Source of the DNA: Octopus vulgaris
Lineage: Eukaryota
NCBI GenBank assembly: GCA_951406725.2
Contig: OX597831.1
Span: forward strand, 73,470,001-73,534,000
Length of the DNA: 64,000 nucleotides
Direction of reading: 5' to 3'
In this document: piece after piece, positions 1-11,828 of the stretch
Numbering within the stretch: the stretch's first letter is position 1
How the letters are laid out: every line of letters starts with the position of its first letter
Notes under the pieces: model-generated
The model's database searches: none
Seen by the model: the letters and a program-made list of their open reading frames with translations, nothing else
Told to the model about the DNA's origin: nothing
Translations under genes and position numbers: made by a program

Positions 1-101
1 TAAGCACATAAATGTGAAGCAGGGTGAGAAAGAAATAGTACTCGACTACCAGAGGTAGAGTCGTATGCTTTATTAATAAAGCTGCAAAGACACCACAAAA
101 A

Positions 102-140
102 AACTGTTTGAGTTTCACGTTCTCGTTTGTCAGGCAGTTG
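102..140 (-). ncRNA. degenerate type I hammerhead-like motif (Penelope-type repeat end)
   Basis: Minus strand reads AACTGC-CTGACAA-ACG-AGAA-CGT-GAAAC-TCAA-ACAGTT: stem I AACTG/CAGTT, stem II ACG/CGT, core G8 changed to A, stem III apparently truncated. Confidence 0.4.
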
Positions 141-215
141 TGATTAAGAATGGAACAAGAGTTAAGGTTATACTTATAAAATATGATACTTATAATTTGT
201 ATATATATATATATA

Positions 216-487
216 GGTATAGGAATGGCTGTGTGATAAGTAGTTTGCTTATGAACCACATGGTTCTGGGTTCAGTCCCACTGCGTGGCACCTTGGGCAA
301 GTGTTTTCTACTATATATTTCTTTATTGCCCACAAGGGGCTAAACATAGAGGGGACAAACAAGGACAGACAAACGGATTAAGTCGATTACATCGACCCCA
401 GTGTGTAACTGGTCTTCTACTATAGCCTCAGGCCGACCAAAGCCTTGTCAGTGGATTTGGTAGACAGAAACTGAAAGAAGCCTGTCG

Positions 488-520
<33 letters not shown>

Positions 521-730
521 ATGTTTGTGTGTCTATGTTTGTCCCCTAGCATTGCTTGACAACCGATGCTGGTGTGTTTACGTCCCCGTTACTTAGCGGT
601 TCGGCAAAGAACTGATAGAATAAGTACTAGGCTTACGAAGAATAAGTCCTGGGGTCGATTTGCTCAACTAAAGGCGATGCTCCAGCATGGCCGCAGTCAA
701 ATGACTGAAACACGTAAAAGAGTAAAAGAG
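216..730 (+). mobile_element. SINE family A (tRNA-derived head, internal TA/TG microsatellite, AGTAAAAG tail), interrupted by a family B fragment
   Basis: A-box-like TGGCTGTGTG, B-box-like GGTTCAGTCCC, CCTTGGGCAAGT, and 3' CCAGCATGGCCGCAGTCAAATGACTGAAAC; near-identical to many other copies here. Confidence 0.9.
316..412 (-). mobile_element. 5'-truncated SINE family B inserted in a family A copy
   Basis: Matches the 3' part of the copy at 33641-33873; flanked by a 12-bp TSD, TTTTCTACTATA (304-315) and TCTTCTACTATA (413-424). Confidence 0.85.
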
Positions 731-989
731 AATATATACACACACACACACACATATACACACATACACACACATATATACACACACACACACACACATA
801 TATACACACATACACACACACATTACATGTACACACTTGCATGTGTATGCACAAAGCCTTTGTGTATCTCCCCAGCCCCCCCGTCACCATCTTGCTCCTA
901 CCACTACACTATTACATCTGATACCACCACCACCGACAGACGTTGGAGGCGGAGTAACTCTTTCAGTCTACTCCTCCCCCACACATGTA

Positions 990-1036
<47 letters not shown>

Positions 1037-1654
1037 GTGCACATGTATGTTTATATGTGCATCTGTTACAGTTGATTGGTGTGTCTAAGTTATAGGTTGT
1101 TGTGGGATGTATAATGCTGTGTGTATAATAACGATGTGTATATAAGTGCGTTTGACGTGTGTGTGTGCGTTTGATGCGTGAGGGTATAATAGACGAGTGT
1201 CACACTCTCGGATAATGAGGGTGAGAGGGTAAAGGGTGTGCCATCTCCCACCCCCATCAAATCTGTTGCTTGCATCAATGCCATCACACCCTCCTCCTCC
1301 TCTCTCATCTTATTCATCTGGCCCCCCCCCCCCGCCACCTCTCTCTTAGAGTTTACAGTTGCTGGTACTACAGACACATACACACACACGCGCGCGGGGT
1401 GGGTGGTGGATGGGTGGAGGTGGGGGTGGGGAACACGTGGTGTGTTGTATAGCGAGGAGGAGTGTTAGGAGGTACTGATGTGGAAGAAGAGGGAGATGAG
1501 TACTAGACCAGAGAGGAGAAGGAAGAAGTGTTAGATGATGGGGGAGGAGGAGGAAATAGAGGTGAGGGGGGGAGGAGAGTAGTAAGAGAAGGAAGCTAGA
1601 GTAAAATTGAGAACATGCAAAAATGGTCGGGGTGTGTGTATGTGTGTGTGCATG

Positions 1655-1688
1655 TGTGTATATATATATATATATATACATACATATG

Positions 1689-1720
<32 letters not shown>

Positions 1721-1731
1721 CATACACATAC

Positions 1732-1775
<44 letters not shown>

Positions 1776-1836
1776 TTACATACATATGTATATATATATA
1801 TATATACACATATATATATATATATATACACATATG

Positions 1837-1867
<31 letters not shown>

Positions 1868-1874
1868 ATATGTA

Positions 1875-1908
<34 letters not shown>

Positions 1909-2215
1909 CACATACATATGTATATATATATATATATATATACACATACATATATATATATATATATACATATGTATATATATATATATGTATATATATA
2001 TATACATACATATATATATATACATACATATGTATATATATATATATATACATACATATGTATATATATATATACATACATATGTGTATATATATATATA
2101 TATACATACATATGTATATATATATACATACATATGTGTATATATATATATATATATACATACATACATACATATGTATATATATATATATATATATACA
2201 TGCACACACACACAC
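1655..2215. repeat. compound (TA)n/CATA microsatellite, ~560 bp
   Basis: TA runs punctuated by recurring CATACATATG; source of the YIYI-type ORFs. Confidence 0.95.
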
Positions 2216-3575
2216 GTCTAGACATCTTTTGTGTTTAAATATATCATGTTCTCACATGTACACTTCTACTATTTCATGTGTGCATGTGTGAGTGTTTACT
2301 CGTTGGTAATGTTTTTTTTTTGTGTAAATGCATAAATGTAGAAGTTTTCCCAAATAAATCCTACTTCATGTTTGTGGCTCCAATGAAGCCACAACACACT
2401 CAACTACGACCCCACTGCATCTGATAGCAGAAACAGCTGTAAGCTATTGAGATTCATAAGAGAATCATTTATTCCTTTCTCATTTCATTTTCTTTACACA
2501 CACACACACAGAAATCCTCAGTAAATCACACAATTTACATAACACACCCTACATCTACACAGTACACACCTGTACATACACAATTATACCATACTCTCAT
2601 GTAGAGACATTCATGCCATTCCCAAGGATGTTATTACCACCTGAAGTGAAACAAATATATGTATCATCAGGGAAAAGAAGCTAGATAACAGATTACTGAT
2701 GAAAGCTTATCTCCTGAAGTTCTATAAGACCAAAAGTATTTCAGCTATGGCCACCCATCCTGTTTTATATTCAGATTTAGTTTATCTAAAAGAGCAATGT
2801 GCAGTCTGAGGGAAACTTGACAGTTATTTTTTTCGTTGTTAAGTGACTATGTTGAAGCTATCTTCTTGGTCAATGTTTTTAGTACATAGAATATAAGGAA
2901 CTAACATAAAAGCCTTTGAAGACAGCAATAATTGCTGTTACAAGCCATAATTTTTTTATGACGGATGTAATTATTTAGATACCTTTAAAAACAGATAATA
3001 CCTACACAAGTAAACTTTCTGTCCTATCATAATGACTACAGAACCATCATTAATTTTTAAGGCAAGAAACAAGAAATTACAACCAAAACTTACAATCTCA
3101 ACAATTTGGTGAGGTTTTCAAAAGTCCCTGGTTCAATGCTTTCAATTTGATTGTGGCTCAGATCTCTGCAAAAGAAAACAGGTTTTTAGAGATAAGGATT
3201 TGATAAAACACAAAACAGTAATCAAAACAATAACGTCTTAATGTGAACAAATCATACATTTCCACTTTCTGCTTGTCAAAGAGCTGCATCTTGCAGAATT
3301 TTCCGACAACGACGATGACGAAGAAGCAGAAAAACAACAACAACAACAACATTCAAGGAAAGCAGAAAATGGAGATATGATTTTCTGCTTTCCTTGAATA
3401 TTGATAAACTTTAGTTTATTTTTGTCATTACCTATCATTTATGAGCATTAATACCGATGCTCATGATTAAATATAGGTAATACACCCGTGGATTCATTGG
3501 ATACAGGTAACCCTTAAATGGTTGTTATAACCTCTAACTTAACTCACATAATAATAATAATAATGATGATGATGT

Positions 3576-4163
3576 AAACCATCCTGAAGCTGTGGCTGAG
3601 GGAGAAAATATGTTGATTCTATGGGACTTCCCCGTACATACCGACAAAACTATAAAAGCTAATAAACCGGATATTATCATAAAAGATCAGACAAAAAGGA
3701 TGTGTTTATTAATTGAGATGAGTATTCCTTGCGATCACAATATTGCGGCAAAAGAATTTGATAAGATTAGTAAATGTAAAGACTTGCTAATAGAAATTGA
3801 AAAAATGTGGCATCTCAAGGCGACTACAGTACCAGTGATTGTAGGATCTCTAGAAATGATAAAAAAGGTACTGAAACCTTTTTGAAAATGATTCCAGGTT
3901 TACCATCCCTACAGGAAGTGCAAAAAATCATGTTAACTGGAACAGCTCATGTACTGAGAAGAGCATTATCGCTGGGAAAACAACATCCATTCAGGAATTT
4001 ATTTATTTATTTATTTTTTAAAAAAGTATTTTATCTGTGAATTTGCATGTGCAATCTGGAAATGCATACAATGAGCTTCTCTGCCTTAGGTGTACGGAAA
4101 ACACTCAGTGAGAAACAGAAGAAAATTTGAAGAAAGAAGGAAAAAATAATGATAATAATAATA
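3576..4163 (+). mobile_element. 5'-truncated R4/Dong-like non-LTR retrotransposon (restriction-like endonuclease C-terminus plus 3' UTR)
   Basis: ILWDFPVHTDKTIKANKPDIIIKD...LIEMSIP...KE...VPVIVG, then after a frameshift near 3865 LQEVQKIMLTGTAHVLRRAL: the PD..(D/E)..K RLE domain of R4-clade elements. Flanked by TAA repeats at ~3548-3565 and 4146-4163. Confidence 0.8.
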
Positions 4164-4272
4164 AACTCCAAAAACAAAAACAGATGTAGTAGTGAAATGA
4201 AGACATGAGAATAAACACTTTATAAAAAACACAGCAGATATAATCTTATTGCGGTGTTGTAATAAACAACGT

Positions 4273-4635
4273 AGGTGCAAGCATGGTTATGTGGTAAGAA
4301 GTTTGCTTCCCAACAACTTGGTTGTAGGTTCAGTCCCCCTGCACAGCACTTTGGGCTGACCAAAGTGGATTTGGTAGACTGAAACTTAAAGAAGCCTGTC
4401 GTGTGTGTGTGTGTGTGTGTGTATGTCTTTGTGCCTATGTTTGCACCTGCACAACCACTTGATGTTCAGTATTGGTTTGTTTACATCCAAGTAATTTAGC
4501 AGGCAAAAAGAGTCCAATAGACTGATAGAATAAGTCCTGGGGGGGGGGTGGGTGATTCATTTGACTAAAGTGTTTTTCAAGGTGGTGCCTCAGCATGGCC
4601 TCAGTCTAATGACAAAACAAGTAAAAGATAAAAGA
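4273..4635 (+). mobile_element. SINE family A, diverged copy
   Basis: Same head, core and tail motifs with internal deletions. Confidence 0.75.
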
Positions 4636-4789
4636 ACTAATTATCATTTTGTTTTGTGATGTTCATTTAGGAGAAAGGACAGAATCTGCTTTTGATGATC
4701 TTTCAAGGTGGGGGGGAGGGAGGGGGGTAGTCTTCCAACTGAAGACAGGGACTAAAAACTTACAGCTAAGTGGACACCTGACATGCCCA

Positions 4790-4950
4790 AGTATGACTGT
4801 GGCCACGCTGGGGCACCGCCTTGAAGAATTTTAGTTGAATGAATTGATCCCAGGACTTATTCTATCAGTCTCTTTTGCTGAACTGCTAAGTTACAGGAAC
4901 ATAAACACACTAACACTGGTTGTCAAGAGGTAGAAATACAGACACAAAAA
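4790..4950 (-). mobile_element. SINE family A, 3' half
   Basis: GACTGTGGCCACGCTGGGGCACCGCC...GCTAAGTTAC is the reverse complement of the family A tail. Confidence 0.7.
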
Positions 4951-5539
4951 CATATACATGGATATATATAACCATAATAAATGTGACTGTCAGTGTGTCA
5001 CATTTTTTCAACTTTACTCCTACAGGCCATAGCCAAACATGTTATACCATTTTAGAATCAGGCAAACTCCATGAATAAATTAAAAACATTCTGAGCCGAA
5101 TCCGGACCCACAATCCTGAAATTTTGGATTCCCAAATTTTCATTATGGACATACAAAAAAAAAAAAAAAAAAAATTAAGGGGAGATAACTAATAAAAGAA
5201 GCAAAGGGAAGTAAGCCAATTTATTTAACTTACCAAAATTAGTTTAGTTTGGAATTGGAAATCAATTGATTTCCCATGGAGGACCAGCAGCAGTTTATTG
5301 TCACTGAATGGAAATCCTCAATTACAAAACAATGTTAGAAGAGGTTATAACAACCATTTAAAGGTTACTTGTATCCAATGAATCCACTGGTGTATTTAAT
5401 CATGTGGCCTTATTGTTGGTGATATTGTTGTTGGAAAATTCTGGTACTGCAAGCTTTGTAAAATGCGAAAATCAATCTGTCACAGGTCATACTTTGGACA
5501 GTATTGATGCTAATGGGAAACCAGTGATTGTGGAGAGAG

Positions 5540-5757
5540 TTCAAAAGCCTTCAATTTCTAGTGTGAGTGAGTTATGCACTGTCAATCAATAGGTTCCAAG
5601 TACAACTACTGAAAGTAACTGGGCTTCATCTGATAGAACTGCGCTTTTCTCATGGCCAGTTCTATGTTGGTTGTTCAAGGGTTGAGAATGGAAAGAAGCT
5701 TTTTGTACTGACCCCGAATGGGAAGACGAAAAATGTCGTTTATCATGCAGCTTTGCA
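5540..5757 (+). pseudogene. Helitron RepHel Pif1/SF1 helicase C-terminal remnant
   Basis: FKSLQFLV*VSYALSINRFQVQLLKVTGLHLIELRFSHGQFYVGCSRV...TKNVVY matches the Helitron consensus FKRxQFPVR..FA.TINKSQGQ...FSHGQLYVA.SRV...TKN.VY; in-frame TGA at 5564-5566. Confidence 0.85.
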
Positions 5758-5850
5758 ATTTGTTCCAAATAGACAAATTATATTCATTGTTTTAATGAAA
5801 ACTTAATTATTTGTAAAATATTGTTCAAGTTTATTAAAATTTAATATATA

Positions 5851-6256
5851 GGCGCAGGAGTGGCTGTGTGGTAAGTAGCTTGCTTACCAACCACATGGTT
5901 CCGGGTTCAGTCCCACTGCGTGGCACCTTGGGCAAGTGTCTTCTACTATAGCCTCGGGCCGACCAAAGCCTTGTGACTGGATTTGGTAGACGGAAACTGA
6001 AAGAAGCCCGTCGTATATATGTATATATATATATGTGCGTGTATGTTTGTGTGTCTGTGTTTGTCCCCCTAGCATTGTTTGACAACCAATGCTGGTGTGT
6101 TTATGTCCCCGTCACTTGGCGGTTCGGCAAAAGAGACCGATAGAATAAGTACTGGGCTTACAAAGAATAAGTCCCGGGGTTGAGTTGCTCGACTAAAGGC
6201 GGTGCTCCAGCATGGCCGCAGTCAACTGACTGAAACAAGTAAAAGAGAGTAAAGAG
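5851..6256 (+). mobile_element. SINE family A, full length, young
   Basis: Complete from GGCGCAGGAGTGGCTGTGTGG to AAGTAAAAGAGAGTAAAGAG. Confidence 0.92.
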
Positions 6257-6354
6257 TTTACTCAATGCATGAGTTGTCATTTTTGGGCTGAAGGCCCAAT
6301 GAAGAGCCCTCCACAGGAGCTAGCTTAAAAGCTGCTCAATAGGCCAGCTTTTAA

Positions 6355-6566
6355 CCCTTTCGTTACCAACCCGGCTGAAACCGGCTCTGGATCTGAGTAC
6401 AAATGTCTTGTTTTCATAAGTTTTGAATTAAAATCTTCCTCCAAATCTTAGTCACAATTTATGTTCCTATCATGATAACTAAGTTATTTTGATAAATTCT
6501 TTGTTATATTTAAAATTAATTGAAAGAAACACAGAGCATCAAAAACAAAATACAGTAACGAAAGGG
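6355..6566. mobile_element. piggyBac-type MITE, family P1
   Basis: TIRs CCCTTTCGTTAC/GTAACGAAAGGG, TTAA on both sides (6351-6354, 6567-6570); second copy at 44867-45077. Confidence 0.88.
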
Positions 6567-6655
6567 TTAAACCAGTATATATTTATAAAGTTAATCCAAA
6601 CAAGAAAGCACAAAAAACACAACAACACGAGGATGTGGAACAAATATAAACCAGG

Positions 6656-6690
6656 GTTTAACGTTTCGAGCGGAGCTCTTCGTCGGAAAC
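6656..6690 (-). ncRNA. minimal type I hammerhead-like motif (U4C variant), Penelope-type
   Basis: Minus strand GTTT-CCGACGA-A-GAGC-TCC-GCTC-GAAACGTT-AAAC: stem I GTTT/AAAC, stem II GAGC/GCTC, palindromic stem III AACGTT. Confidence 0.5.
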
Positions 6691-6703
6691 ATAAGAGAAG
6701 GAA

Positions 6704-6755
<52 letters not shown>

Positions 6756-7516
6756 ACACTCACACACTACAGGCTTCTTTCTATTTCCATCAACCAAATC
6801 CACTCACAAGGCTTTGGTTGGCTCAAGGCTATAGCAGAGATCCCATGTCCTAGGTTCCATGTGGTTGCGAAGCAAACTTCTTACCACACAGCCATATCTG
6901 CACCATATGCACACATGTGTATGCGCATGTGCACAGTGTATGATTTAATTTTTGCATCTGCGCACCTTTGAGTGCAACAAGTGTATCTGCATTGCATGTG
7001 TGCACCACACGAGTTAAATACCCAGTAATGGCAATCAATAATAATAGTAGATAATTCCCAGTTTAAAAGTGTCCGGTTCCAATCAACAATATTTGAATTT
7101 AAAAAGAGAAAACCTGAAAACATTAGGATAAAGCTGTCCATTATGTAACATTTGAAGTGCTTTAATTTCATGCTGCTTGACAGAAAGACAGAAATAATGG
7201 ATTTAGAATAAATACTCATTTATCTCTGGCTAAAAAGAAAAGAAAAATAATGGTTTATTAAATAAGCGAATTGTAAGAACGGTAAAAGATAATTAGAAGC
7301 ATGAAAATACAATGAATAATCATTGCTTCCATAGAAGTATTTTGTGTACAGGTGTATATATCCATAGATGCTTGAATATGTGTGTGTTAGTGTATATATG
7401 TGTACATGTATAATTCTAATGACCATTTTCAATTTTTGCATATACAAACGCACAGTTTTTTTTTTTTTTTTGTTTTTTGTGTTGTTTTTTTTTATATATA
7501 TATATATATATATGTA

Positions 7517-7568
<52 letters not shown>

Positions 7569-7599
7569 ATATATATATGTGTATATATATATATATATA

Positions 7600-7925
7600 G
7601 GCGTAGGAGTGGCTGTGTGGTAAGTATCTCATTTATCAGCCACATGGTTCCGGGTTCAGTCCCACTGCGTGGCATCTTGGGCAAGTGTCTTCTACTATAG
7701 CCTCGGGCCGACCAAAGCCTTGTGACTGGATTTGGTAGACAGAAACTGAAAGAAGCCTGTCGTATATATGTATATATTTATATATATATATGTATGTGTG
7801 TATATGTTTGTGTGTCTGTGTTCGTCCCCCCCAACATCGCTTGACAACCAATGCTGGTGTGTTTACGTCCCCGTAACTTAGCAGTTTGGCAAAAGAGACC
7901 CATGGAATAAGTACTAGGTTTACAA
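7600..7925 (+). mobile_element. SINE family A, 3' end missing
   Basis: Head and core match family A. Confidence 0.85.
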
Positions 7926-7959
7926 TTTGGGTGGACAGAGGGGGATATGATGAGTGTTT

Positions 7960-8170
7960 ATCTTTTATCTTTTGTTTGTTTCAGCCATGAGACTGTGGCC
8001 ATGCTGGAGCACTGCCTTAAGTTTTTAGTCAAATGAATATTTTTTTAAAAACTTGGTACTTATTCTATTGATCTCTTTTGCCAAACTGCTAAGTTATGGG
8101 GACGTAAGCAAACCAACACACCTGTTGTCAAGAAGTGGTGTGGGACAAACAGATACAAAGATACACTCAT

Positions 8171-8201
<31 letters not shown>

Positions 8202-8335
8202 CGACAGGCTTTTTTCAGTTTCCATCTAGCAAATTCACTCACAAAGCTTTGGTCAGTTTCAAGCGATAATAAAAGGAAACTTGTCCAAAGTACCATGCAG
8301 TGGGACTGAGCCCGGAACCATGTGGTTTGGAAGCA
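7960..8335 (-). mobile_element. SINE family A, diverged, inverted relative to its neighbour
   Basis: Reverse complement of family A tail, core and B-box region. Confidence 0.8.
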
Positions 8336-9174
8336 GACAGACACACACACACACACACACACACAAAAAAAAGAAAAAAAAGAAAGGAAATGAAAGTACT
8401 TTCAATTTTATTATGAGAAACATTTGTAAATTAAACAAATGTATGAAATTAATGGCAATTAGCTGGCTGAGTAAATCACTGAAATTACACACACACACAC
8501 AAGTAATAATTGTGTTCTAAAAATGCATATTTTATCTGAATGTCAGCTTAATTTCAGGTTTGTAAATTGGAAGGGTGGGTTGGTTGTTGCTGATTTTGTT
8601 GAATAACAATAATGCCAACAACAATAAATAGAATTCCATTTTTCTCTATATATATACATTGAAGTCAGTGTTTGTAAATTCATAGATAAACTCTTAAATA
8701 TTTTATTTGCAGTTAATTTTGTAATGGAAAATAGATTTTTTTTTAATCACTTAAAATCTATATTTATTTCATTTTAGGAGTTTGGAATATAACACACACA
8801 CACACACACACACACAGAGAAATGGTTGGATGTGGATGGATAAACAGACAAATGCAGAAGGTGATTAGATGGAGAGTTTGGTAGATACGGATGAGATGAT
8901 ATAGGGTTAGAGAGAGATAGATAGATAGATAGAGAGACTAGAGTTAGATAGGGAGAGGGTTATGCTGATAAATATATATAAAGAAGGACAGAGTTACATA
9001 AATATATCTCAACATTATCCTGTAATGTCCATTTCCCATGCTGGCATGGGTTGGACGTTTCCACCAAAGTTGGTAAGCCGGGTGGGGTGGGAGGGGGACA
9101 CTGACAACTTTACAGAGTGTACTGGGAGATTTTTTGCAGGGCACCAGTGTTTTTTGGGTGTGTGTGTGTGTATG

Positions 9175-9234
<60 letters not shown>

Positions 9235-9235
9235 A

Positions 9236-10107
9236 TCTATTACATATGTGGGAAATTTTGTCTGTGGGTGTGTTTGTGGAGTTGTTAGCTAACTCCTCCT
9301 CCAACGTTTCATCGATTTTGATGAATTTTGACATGTGAGTAGAACTCATGTCTGGAAACCTCATGGTATACTTAGATTGTTGAAAAAAAAAATCGATAAT
9401 AGGGCCCCTGGAAGGGATCCTTTTATATATCTAATATATTTCATTTTAACAGCCAAGGGAAATAACCCATTCATTTTCCTAAATCATTTGGTATAAATCA
9501 AATTGAGTATGCTTATTTCTTAATATTTGAACTGAGTTATTTTTGCAATTTATCCAGTACAACTCTTAAACAAGTAAATAGCATTTTCTGAAACAACAGA
9601 TCCGCTTATTTCGGTTAGTGACTTATTCATGAATATACCAACACTAGCGCCGCTGAGACTAATATTCTCTGGGAACGCACAAAAGCCCTTTTCAGAGTTA
9701 TTTACTTTCAATTGTTATTATCACATATCTGATTAGCCTGTTATTACGTAACATGCTTCATGATTTTAGTATTCATACCTTATTAGTATTTCCTCCAAAG
9801 TTCTATATACTCTGGGAATGCAGTAAAGCCCTTTTTGGAGCTACTTTATTTGAATTCTTACTATCGGGTAACTAATTTCATGTCATTACATAACTGACTT
9901 CACAATTTGGGTATTCATAACTTATTGGGAATTCCTAAAAAAAAAATGATCCTGTGTAAGAGAGTTTGGTATTCTCTGTAAATGCACAAAAACCGTTTTA
10001 AGGGCTACATACTTTGTATTGTTGTTATTGGATTAGCGAAACAATTATGAGAATGGAACCAAGGGATAAGCCCCGCTTTCCCGGGAATTACCGGGTACGT
10101 CAGCTAG
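9236..10107 (+). mobile_element. non-autonomous Helitron
   Basis: Starts A|TC at 9236; ends with hairpin CCCGG-GAATTA-CCGGG (10080-10095) then CTAG|T (10104-10107); no TSD; sits in a (CA)n tract. Confidence 0.75.
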
Positions 10108-10108
10108 T

Positions 10109-10139
<31 letters not shown>

Positions 10140-10389
10140 AATGAATGTACAATTCATAGGAAAGATTCAGGGGAATAATTACAAGGTCGTTAAATGTTGC
10201 TTAAGTGTCCCAGGAAACAAGGGTCACATTTGTGCGGGATTTGATTCTGGAGAGAAGTGAGACATATTTAGGAGTGAATAGGAAAACTGAAAATGGGGAC
10301 AAATGCTCAAGACGTAATTAAATCATAAATGGTTTAATAGCATCTTGAGTGTTTGTCTTCATCTTCAATTTTCCTATCTCTATGTGTGG

Positions 10390-10712
10390 TTGAGTTCCCT
10401 TCATGTGTTGGGCCTCATGGAGGCAATGACCGAGACCGTTGGCATTATGTTGTGCTTGAGAAGAAGGCCCAACAAACTGAGCAAAATTGTAGTAATGGCA
10501 GATACTGGTGTCACGCTAATGACACCTGTGCCAGCGGCACATAAAAGCACCCATTACATTCTCAGAGTGGTTGGCATTAGGCAACCAGCCACAGAAAACC
10601 ATGCCAAATCAGACTGGAGTCTGGTGCAGCCTTCCAACATGCTAGCTCTGGTCAAACTGTCCAACCCATGCCAGCATGGACAACAGATGTTAAATGATGA
10701 TGATGATGATGA
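10390..10712 (+). mobile_element. repeat family C ((ATG)n-tailed, RTE-like 3' end)
   Basis: GGTTGGCATTAGG...CCAACCCATGCCAGCATGG...GTTAAATGATGATG; another fragment follows at ~10760-10930. The RTE affinity is inference. Confidence 0.7.
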
Positions 10713-11105
10713 TATACACACACACATCAGGTGCAGTAAAATCATTCAAACATACAGGCATGTCCTTTGCCGGTGCCACATAAAATGCACTTGTACTGGC
10801 ATTGTGAAGGGCGTCCATCCATAGAAACCATCCCAAAACAGACAAATGGAATCTGGCCAGATCCTGTCAAACCATCCAACTCATGCCAGCATGGAAAACA
10901 GACATTAGATGATGATGATGATGATGATGCTGATACATACATGAGAGAGAGAGAGAGAGAGAGGGGGAGAGAGAGAGTGACAGAGTTACTTAAATAGAGA
11001 GAAATAGAGTTCTATAGAGAGATATACATGCATGTAGAGAGAAAGAGAGAAGCAGATGTAGAAATGGAGGGACGGTTACATAACTGAAATAATATACATA
11101 CATAC

Positions 11106-11155
<50 letters not shown>

Positions 11156-11791
11156 GTATGTATACCAACACATATATGTATACATATGTGTGTGTGTGTA
11201 TATACACAAACACATATATGTATACATATGTGTGTGTGTGTATATACACAAACACATATATGTATACATATGTGTGTGTGTGTGTATACACAAATATACA
11301 AGGAAACCATGTGATCGATTGTAAAGCACCACCAGCATGTAACAGGAATATTTTAAAGAGAGTGAGAAAGAAAAGGATTTTATTTTTGGTGTTGTAAGAA
11401 ATAACAATGCCGTCTGTTTGACTGTTTTATATTTCACAGTTGGATATTAGTTTATTAATTCCTGTTGTAGTCTATTTTAATTAACTTTTATTACAGAAAC
11501 AGAGATTTCAAACTGAGTTTGAATGAGGAGCAAATAATTTATGAGCAGAGGTGGCGGCGGCGGCGGCGTAGATATAGATTTTTAAACAAAATACATATAT
11601 GCACACATACGAAAAGAAATATAGACATGCATACATATATACGGAGAGAGAGAGAGACACATACATACACATAAACGTCTTTAGACATATACACTCTCTC
11701 ATTCATACTAAACATACATGAACACATACAAGAATGTACACACGTCTGGTATACAAAATAAATGTGTGCTTGTGTGTGTGTGTATGTGTGC

Positions 11792-11825
<34 letters not shown>

Positions 11826-11828
11826 GTA

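Larger units (their letters stand above)
4963..6323 (+). mobile_element. internally deleted Helitron-like element (ends uncertain) carrying a SINE A insertion
   Basis: Contains a Pif1-type helicase C-terminal remnant; candidate terminal hairpin TTGGGC-TGAAG-GCCCAA (6283-6299) and CTAG at 6320-6323. Confidence 0.5.

Noticed and set aside
1346-2291. Long ORFs (200-290 aa) in several frames
   Set aside because: Translations of TA/CA microsatellite (YIYI, THTH); no coding complexity.
2690-2730. CTGATGA as a hammerhead core
   Set aside because: No stem II followed by GAAA; the same holds for CTGATGA at ~21260 and ~24043.
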